Shown here: positions 7,075-14,024 of the stretch, piece by piece
Layout: each line of letters opens with the position of its first letter
Position numbering within the stretch: the first letter of the stretch is position 1
Origin: Octopus sinensis
Taxonomy: Eukaryota
DNA: 14,024 nucleotides
Assembly (NCBI RefSeq): GCF_006345805.1
Contig: NW_021825995.1
Location: 1-14,024 of the forward strand
Direction: 5' to 3'
Made by a program: the position numbers and the translations under genes
The notes under the pieces: generated by a model
What the model saw: the letters and a program-made list of their open reading frames with translations, nothing else
Told to the model about the DNA's origin: nothing
Database searches by the model: none

Positions 7075-7858
7075 CTGGAGTTCTCAACCATTTTTTTTAC
7101 CTATGGACCCCTTTGATTACTCTTTTATTCTGGTGGACCCCCATAGCCATTTGATGTTTAAAAACTAGTTTTACAAAACTTCCTTCAAAAAAAATTCCCA
7201 TTCCGTTTTGCACACCTGAACTCAGGTGGGTTGAACGATAGAAAACACCAGAGAAAGAACCCTCACAGTTGTTTCTTGCAAGACACTCCAATACATACAT
7301 CTGAAAAGGCAGCGAGCTGGCAGAAACGTTAGCACGCCGGGAGAAATGCTTAGCAGTATTCCGTCTGCCGTTACGTTCTGAGTTCAAATTCCGCCGAGGT
7401 CGACTTTGTCTTTCATCCTTTCGGGGTCAAAAAATTAAGTACGAGTTACACACTGGGATCGATGTAATCGACTTAATCTCCTTGTCTGTCCTTGTTTGTT
7501 CCCTCTATGTTTAGCCCCTTGTGGTCAATAAAAAAATATGAAACGTTAGCACAGCAGGCAAAATGCTTAGCGGTATTTCGTCAACCACTACATTCTGAGT
7601 TCAAATTCCACCGAGGCCGACTTTGCTTTCATCCTTTCGGGGGTCGATAAATTAAGTACCAGTTGCGTACTGGGGTTGATCTAATTGACTTGCCCCCTCC
7701 CCCAAAATCTTGGGCCTTGTGCTTAGAGTAGAAAAGAACACATACATCTGAAGCTAAAGTTTTTCAGGGGCCATTAAAATGCTATTGTGAATCCCCATTT
7801 TACTGTTTCGTTGAGTGGACCCACGGGGGGCCATATGAATCCCAGCTGAGAGTTACTG
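7075..7858. mobile_element. hAT/Charlie MITE (~337 bp) interrupted by a SINE dimer
   Basis: The left end CTGGAGTTCTCAACC follows AACTAAAG (7067-7074). The right end AGCTGAGAGTTACTG is followed by AACTGAAA (6/8 TSD match). GGACCC subterminal motifs are present. Confidence 0.7.
7306..7739 (+). mobile_element. Two tandem units of tRNA-derived SINE family B under one 13-bp TSD
   Basis: Units span 7306-7538 and 7540-7739. Both have GAAACGTTAGCAC, B-box AGTTCAAATTCC and CTTTCATCCTTTCGGGG..TC.ATAAATTAAGTAC. TSD ACATACATCTGAA occurs at 7293-7305 and 7740-7752. Confidence 0.9.
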
Positions 7859-7927
7859 AACTGAAACTAAGGTATACCCAATGCCTCACCAAAAGAACTT
7901 CGTAAAAGGGTATTGTGTATGTCTATA

Positions 7928-8131
7928 TTTTTTTTTTATTTGTTTGTCATTTGACTGCGGCCATGCTGGAGCACCGCCTTTAGTCGAGCAGATCGATCCC
8001 GGGACTTATTCTTTGTAAGCCCAGTACTTATTCTATCGGTCTGTTTTGCCGAACGCTAAGTGACAGGGACGTAAACACACCAGCATCGGTCGTCAAGCAA
8101 TGCTAGGGGACAAACAGACACACAAACATTA

Positions 8132-8179
<48 letters not shown>

Positions 8180-8350
8180 CATATATACGACAGGCTTCTT
8201 TCAGTTTCCGTCTACCAAATCCACTCACAAGGCATTGGTCGGCCAGGGGCTATAGCAGAAGACACTTGCCCAAGATGCCACACAGTGGGACTGAACCCGG
8301 AACCATGTGGTTGGTAAGCAAGCTACTTACCACACAGCCACTCCTGCGCC
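7928..8350 (-). mobile_element. Full-length family A SINE (young)
   Basis: Complete head, central microsatellite and 3' body. It is nearly identical to 5903-6322. Confidence 0.92.
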
Positions 8351-8398
8351 TGCCACGCAGTGGGACTGAACCCGGAACCATGTGGTTGGTAAGCAAGC
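8351..8398 (-). repeat. 48-bp duplicate of the B-box segment fused to the 5' end of the SINE
   Basis: Copy of ~8276-8323 with one mismatch (CACGCAG vs CACACAG). Confidence 0.9.
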
Positions 8399-8712
8399 CT
8401 GATCCCATTCTGTGTCATGCTGAAGCTCCCTAAGGATTACGTTAAGGGTATGCATGTCTTTGGGGTACTCAGCCACTTGCACATTATATTCTACATTCTT
8501 TCAGTATACTCAGCTGGCAAAAATGAGTCGTACCTGTAATTACAAAGGGGCCGGCCTTGTCATATCCTGTGTCATGCTGAATCTCATTGAGAACTGCATT
8601 ATGGGTATGCATGTCTGTGAAGCACTCAGCCACTTGCACATTAATTTCACAAGCAGACTGTTCTGTTGATCGGATCAACTGGAACCCTCGTTGTCATAAC
8701 CGACGGAGCGTC
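8397..8712 (+). mobile_element. Headless SINE family C body present as a partial tandem duplication (period 157 bp)
   Basis: CTGTGTCATGCTGAA occurs at 8410 and 8567, and ACTCAGCCACTTGCACATTA at 8467 and 8624. It shares ACTCAGCTGGCAAAAATGAGT with family D. Confidence 0.7.
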
Positions 8713-8843
8713 AGTGTATGTGCGTCCTTGTCTCAGTTTATATTGTTCGTATTTCGTCCCTTATGTCCCACAAAAATATGGGATAATCAATAGAAACAAT
8801 ACTGAGAAATCAATAAACAATTAGAGGACCAAAACAAGCAATA

Positions 8844-9014
8844 GGCGCAGGAGTGGCTGTGTGGTAAGTAGCTTGCTAACCAACCACATGGTTGCGGGTT
8901 CAGTCCCACTGCGTGACATCTTGGGCAAGTGTCTTCTGCTATAGCCCCGGGCTGACCAATGCCTTGTGAGTGGATTTGGTAGAAGGAAACTGAAAGAAGC
9001 CTGTCGTATATATG

Positions 9015-9048
<34 letters not shown>

Positions 9049-9245
9049 GCTGTGTTTGTCCCCCTAGCATTGCTTGACAACCGATGCTGGTGTGTTTATG
9101 TCCCCGTCACCTAGCGGTTCGGCAAAAGAGACCGATAGAATAAGTACTGGGCTTACAAAGAATAAGTCCCGGGGTCGATTTGATCGACTAAAGGCGGTGC
9201 TCCAGCATGGCCGCAGTGAATGACTGAAACAAGTAAAAGAGTAAT
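8844..9245 (+). mobile_element. Full-length family A SINE (young)
   Basis: A-box, B-box, central (TA)(TG) and AAGTAAAAGAGTAA tail. Confidence 0.92.
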
Positions 9246-9263
9246 GGTTAGGGATTGGTCTAA

Positions 9264-9478
9264 CCCTTTCATTACTGTATTTCTGTTGAGATGCTCTGTG
9301 TTTCTTTCAATTACTTTAAATATAACAAAAAATTTAGTAAAATGACTCAGTTTTCATTCAGCTAGTGTTAGGAACATAAATTGTGACTAAGGATTGGTGG
9401 AAGATTTTAATTCAAAACTTATGAAAACAAAACACTTGTACTACAGAGCCAGTTTCAGCTGGGTTGGTAACAAAAGGG
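9264..9478. mobile_element. piggyBac-type MITE, 215 bp
   Basis: TIRs are CCCTTTCATTAC and CCCTTTTGTTAC; both can derive from CCCTTTCGTTAC by CpG decay. The flanks are CTAA (9260-9263) and TTAA (9479-9482). Confidence 0.8.
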
Positions 9479-9501
9479 TTAATTGAAGATTTTCACTTTA
9501 T

Positions 9502-9941
9502 CCCTTTAAGCGTGGAACAAACTGCCGGCATCGGTTGTTAGTTGTCGGAGCACTGCATCCTTCAAGACTTCCATGCTTCCTGAGATTCGCCAACACTACA
9601 CTTGATTTTCTCCCCTCCATACACACACAAGCATGTTCACTTTCCAGACATTTCTACATTACTGCATGTACTTTATATGCACTTTCTGACAAGTTGTGGT
9701 GCACCTGAGCACTGTATACAATAATTTCATTATTATTATTTAACATTCAAATTATTCTGTCAAATGTAATCCTTATTTATCCACATTGTTTTGAATTAAT
9801 CCAGCATTATCTTGTAGATTTGAGATTTGAAAGGGTAACTTAATTTTTAGAATGATATTGTAGGGTTAGTGTGAGAGGCCAGATCCAGCCAGTCTGAACA
9901 CAAAGCAGGTACAATGTTTGGGCCAGACATGGCTGGTTTGA
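9502..9941. mobile_element. piggyBac-type MITE (second family, copy 1) with a LINE fragment inserted in its left TIR
   Basis: The sequence reads TTAT|CCCTTTAA...[LINE]...TTTAACATTCAAATT. The body 9739-9941 is colinear with 9942-10156. Confidence 0.7.
9510..9740 (+). mobile_element. 5'-truncated CR1/L2-type LINE 3' end (ORF2 C-terminus, 3' UTR, (ATT)n tail)
   Basis: 9510-9605 encodes AWNKLPASVVSCRSTASFKTSMLPEIRQHYT*, matching the WN.LP..VV......FK motif of CR1/L2 ORF2. It has an (ATT)n tail and a probable TSD TTTAA. Confidence 0.82.
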
Positions 9942-10156
9942 TCCTCTAGGATTCAGATTTCTTTGTCAAATGCTTATTTAGTCGGATGGTTTTGAATTAA
10001 TCCTGCATTATCTCATAGCTTTGAGATTTTGATGAAATAGCTGTTAATTTTTAGAATGACATTGTAGGGTTGGTGTGAGAGGCCACATCTGGCCAGTTTG
10101 AACATAAAACGGGTGGTATATTTTGGCCGGATATGGCCAGTTTAAATGCTAAAGGA
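9942..10156. mobile_element. piggyBac-type MITE (second family, copy 2), 215 bp
   Basis: The ends are TCCTCTAGGATTC and AATGCTAAAGGA|TTAA (10157-10160). It is a direct repeat of 9739-9941. Confidence 0.75.
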
Positions 10157-10298
10157 TTAAAGCCAGGGCTCCAGCAGAACTGTAGTTGAATGACTGATAC
10201 CCATACAATACAAGAATACACACCTGTACACTCACCACGACCACCACCACACACATTCTAATACACACAAATGTATATATGTACATATAATACACATA

Positions 10299-10469
10299 GG
10301 CGCAGGAGTGGCTGTGTGGTAAGTAGCTTGCTAACCAACCACATGGTTCTGGGTTCAGTCCCACTGCGTGGCATCTTGGGCAAGTGTCTTCTGCTATAGC
10401 CTCGGGCCGACAAATGCCTTGTGAGTGGATTTGGTAGACAGAAACTGAAAGAAGCCTGTCATATATATG

Positions 10470-10507
<38 letters not shown>

Positions 10508-10727
10508 GTGTGTGTGTATGTGTTTTTGTGTCTGTCCCCATTGCATTGCTTGACAACCGATGCTGGTGTGTTTATGGCCCCGTCACTTAGCGGTTTGGCA
10601 AAAGAGGCTGATAGAATAAGTACTAGGCTTACAAAGAATAAGTCCTGGGGTCGATTTGCTCGACTAAAGGTGGTGCTCCAGCATGGCCGCAGTCAAATGA
10701 CTGAAACAAGTAGAAGAGTAAAAGAGT
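10299..10727 (+). mobile_element. Full-length family A SINE
   Basis: Complete head, microsatellite and tail. Confidence 0.92.
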
Positions 10728-10743
10728 ATACATACATACACTG

Positions 10744-10797
10744 TCCAACCCATGCTAGCATGGAAAACGGATGTTGAAGGATAATGATGATGATGAT
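10744..10797 (+). mobile_element. Very short 3' end of an RTE-type retroelement with (GAT)n tail
   Basis: TCCAACCCATGCTAGCATGGAAAACGGATGTT...(GAT)n is an inverted homolog of 10816-10870. Clade assignment is from memory of the tail type. Confidence 0.6.
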
Positions 10798-10815
10798 ATA
10801 CACAGACACACATAC

Positions 10816-10966
10816 CATCATCATCATCACCATCGTTTAACATCCGCCTTCCATGCTGCCATGGGTTGGATGGTTTGACAGGAGCTGGCCAGGCAGGAGT
10901 TCTGCACCAGGCCACTGTCTCTGTTTTGGCAAGGTTTTTACAGCTGGATGCCCTTCCTAACACCAA
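10816..10966 (-). mobile_element. 5'-truncated RTE-type retroelement 3' end
   Basis: It has a (CAT)n tail on the plus strand and GGATGCCCTTCCTAACACCAA, a motif seen in RTE-related tails. Confidence 0.6.
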
Positions 10967-11105
10967 AACAAATCTCATACACATATACACAAACATACAC
11001 ACAGTCATACACATATATACACAAACACACACACACATGTTATCCAAGAAAATTTCTGATTAATATATTTATAATATTTAGATGGATGTTTGTATATATA
11101 TAATA

Positions 11106-11493
11106 CTAGCAGTATTGCCCGGCGTTGCTCAGGTTTGTAAGGGAAATAACTATAAAGCATTTTTAGAGAGTTATAGCCAAAAAATAGCAAAAAAATGGGA
11201 AAAAAATGATGGTAAATTTTTTTTTGAGAGTAAAAAAAGGTTGAGTTGCGTCCCCTAGACAGTCTGTGGTTTGTTTTTTTTGATTCTCGACCCCATGTCG
11301 AATTTATCGATTCTTTTCAGAACTGGGGGAACTTTTCAAAATTTTCGCTGCGTTAGTTTTGAATTATGACATTGGGCTATGTGTGGTCAAGTTTCATCAG
11401 AATCGTTGAAAGCCGTGGTCAGGGTGAGGGTACGACGAGAAAACAGACACACAGAAACACGCACAGACAAACTGCCGTTTATATAGAGAGAGA
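11106..11493 (-). mobile_element. Non-autonomous Helitron (Lep1/DINE-1-like), 388 bp
   Basis: The minus strand starts A|TC (11493) and ends CTAG|T (11106). A GC hairpin CCTGAGCAACGCCGGG (11118-11133) lies 8 nt before CTAG. It has a Lep1-like core CAAGTTTCATCAGAATCG and ACAG repeats. Confidence 0.8.
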
Positions 11494-11593
11494 TATTACA
11501 GTATATATATTACATTTACACTGATGTCTGTACTTTTTACAAATTCTCAAGGCCAAAGGTATCACCAAGAGTAACAACAGACGAACAGACATA

Positions 11594-12169
11594 GGCGTAG
11601 GAGTGGCTGTGTGGTAAATAACTTGCTTACAAACCACATGGTTCCGGGTTCAGTCTCACTGCGTGGCACCTTGGGCAAGTGTCTTCTACTATAGCCTCAG
11701 GCTGACCAAAGCTTTGTGAGTGGATTTGGTAGACAGAAACTGAAAGAAGCCCATCGTATATATGTATATATATATATATATTTATCAAAAGAAAAACAGG
11801 ATGCAAAGGATTTTGCGGTACATATGTTTTGTACTGCAAAATCCTTTGCATCCTGTTTTTTCTTTTGATAAATATATCCTATCACCTACACCACTAGCTG
11901 GCATATACAGGTGCTTACAGTTATATATATAGATATATGTATGTGTGTGTGTATATGTTTGTGTCTCTGTGTTTGTCCCCCCAACATCGCTTGACAACCG
12001 ATGCTGGTGTGTTTACGTCCTCGTAACTTAGTGCTTCGGCAAAAGACGCCAATAGAATAAGTACTAGGCTTACAAAGAATATGTCTTGGGGTCGATTTGC
12101 TCGACTAAAGGCGGTGCTCCAGCATGGCCGCAGTCAAAATGACTGAAACAAGTAAAAGAGTAAAAGAGT
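11594..12169 (+). mobile_element. Family A SINE with a 140-bp insertion in its central microsatellite
   Basis: The head spans 11594-11757, foreign sequence 11781-11921, and the 3' body resumes at ~11945 to the (GAGTAAAA)n tail. Confidence 0.9.
11776..11921. mobile_element. Internally deleted fold-back derivative of the hammerhead element
   Basis: The inverted arms of ~47 bp span 11776-11822 and 11830-11877 (one indel, one G/T). It shares both end regions with 2644-3030. Confidence 0.8.
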
Positions 12170-12589
12170 AGAGACAGACAGTCAGTCAAACAGACAGACA
12201 TGTTGGCAAACCGTTAACAACAAACAACAAAAACACAGAGGTCATGGCCAACACATACATATACATATGTCAAGGTCACTCAAACACATGAATACAAGCG
12301 CACATACACACACATCACTTCCTAGATATGCACGCAGAACATATCACATCATAAACATATACATGCATGTACACACATGCATGCACACATACACACAACA
12401 GCACAACATGCACACAGGATATACAGCTAGAAAGTGATATGCACACATGCATACATACACACATACACCACTGACAAGACTCAAAGAAATATAAATGCCA
12501 TCACACACATATATATGTGTGTGTGTATATATAGGAATATACATACAGTGATACAGAAAATACACACAAATATAAAATAGGAAACACAT

Positions 12590-12590
<1 letters not shown>
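12170..12590. repeat. Degenerate (ACAG)/(CA)/(CATA) low-complexity region
   Basis: Direct inspection. Confidence 0.7.
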
Positions 12591-12860
<270 letters not shown>

Positions 12861-12959
12861 TGTAGGCAGAGAGATATAATTACATAGATATACACAATAT
12901 ACATACACATATACATAACACCTATGTATACTGCAGTTATCAAAATAGCTGTGTATTTA

Positions 12960-13332
12960 TTGTACATGTTTGTATGTATGTATGTATGTATATAGATAGA
13001 TAGATAGATAGATAGACAGATAGATAGACAGATATACATATACATAACCATAAAGGCCTATATATATATACACACACACACCTATATATATATATGTACA
13101 CACACACACAAACACACACATGGATGTATACATAACCATAAAGGCCTATATATATATATACACACACACACATATATATATACATATGTACACACATACA
13201 CACAAACACACACATGGATGTATATATACACACACACACACACATATATATATATACACACACACACATATATATACATATGTACACACACACACAAACA
13301 CACACATGGATGTATACATAACCATAAAGGCC

Positions 13333-13364
<32 letters not shown>

Positions 13365-13383
13365 TATATATATACATACATAT

Positions 13384-13419
<36 letters not shown>

Positions 13420-13600
13420 CTACACAAACAAACACAAACATGGATGTATACATAACCATAAAGGCCTATATATACACACACACACACACATATATATATA
13501 CATACATACATATGTACACACACACAAACACACACAGGTGCCTACACACACACACACACACAGGTGCCTACATACACACACACACACAAGGATGTATAGA
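12960..13600. repeat. Higher-order minisatellite: a 30-bp unique unit embedded in (TA)/(CA) microsatellite
   Basis: CATGGATGTATACATAACCATAAAGGCCTA occurs at 13119, 13305 and 13439, with partial copies at 13041 and 13213. ACAGGTGCCT occurs three times. Confidence 0.9.
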
Positions 13601-13799
13601 AAGGCCAAATGCAAAAGAGGTTACAATCGACACTCACTTGGTGACTAAAGAAGCAACAACTTCTCATTCTTCGCCATTATCAGCAGAGCAAAGCTGCTAG
13701 CTGTAATCACAAGGTAACAGGATCAAACCCAGCTGATTGCACGCCATCATCCTGTAGCACTAACAACTTCAGCCTGTTTCTCCGCACAGACAGACAAAC

Positions 13800-14024
13800 T
13801 TAAGTGTTTTTTTCTGTCTTTCTGTCGTTTTGTTATTTTATTATTTCTTTTTTTTTTCTTCTTTCAGTCTGTCGTGTTTTTGGTTTTTTTTTTAGATTTG
13901 CTATTGTTTGTTGTTGTTGTTGCTGCTGCTGGTGGCGGCGGTGGTGTAATTTGTAACTTGGCTCCTACACATAACAATAACAATAACAACGACAACAACA
14001 GCAACAACAACAGAAACACTAACA
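13800..14024. repeat. T-rich tract with (GTT)n/(GCT)n/(GGY)n and (AAC)n trinucleotide repeats
   Basis: Direct inspection. Confidence 0.8.

Noticed and set aside
5903-12169. tRNA-like heads as functional tRNA genes
   Set aside because: Each continues into a SINE body and tail and lacks a complete cloverleaf.
13041-13470. Identical 30-bp repeats with variable spacers, superficially CRISPR-like
   Set aside because: The context is eukaryotic, the spacers are microsatellites rather than unique sequences, the spacing is irregular, and there are no cas genes.
13833-13964. Minus-strand His/poly-Gln frame EPSYKLHHRRHQQQQQQQQ...
   Set aside because: It is built from mixed trinucleotide repeats and A-runs that are common in such non-coding DNA. 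It has no start and no recognisable domain.

Overview
This window is eukaryotic, AT-rich, repeat-saturated non-coding DNA with no credible protein-coding gene. The SINE families and microsatellite load look like an octopus (coleoid cephalopod) genome; that is recognition from memory, not a database result. Almost all listed ORFs are translations of microsatellites or SINEs. It contains about 9 copies or fragments of one tRNA-derived SINE with an internal microsatellite and three other tRNA-SINE families. DNA transposons include hAT/Charlie, Tc1/mariner and piggyBac MITEs plus a non-autonomous Helitron. There are also CR1/L2 and RTE-type 3' ends and long (TA)n/(GATA)n tracts, and much of this is nested. 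The most notable signal is a type I hammerhead ribozyme with a complete catalytic core on the minus strand (2685-2777). It lies inside a ~390-nt non-coding element, resembling a Penelope pLTR or retrozyme, that sits between microsatellites. A deleted relative at 11781-11921 has folded back into a 47-bp hairpin exactly at the ribozyme core. Two more degenerate hammerhead-like motifs lie on the same strand (2272-2333 and 446-551).
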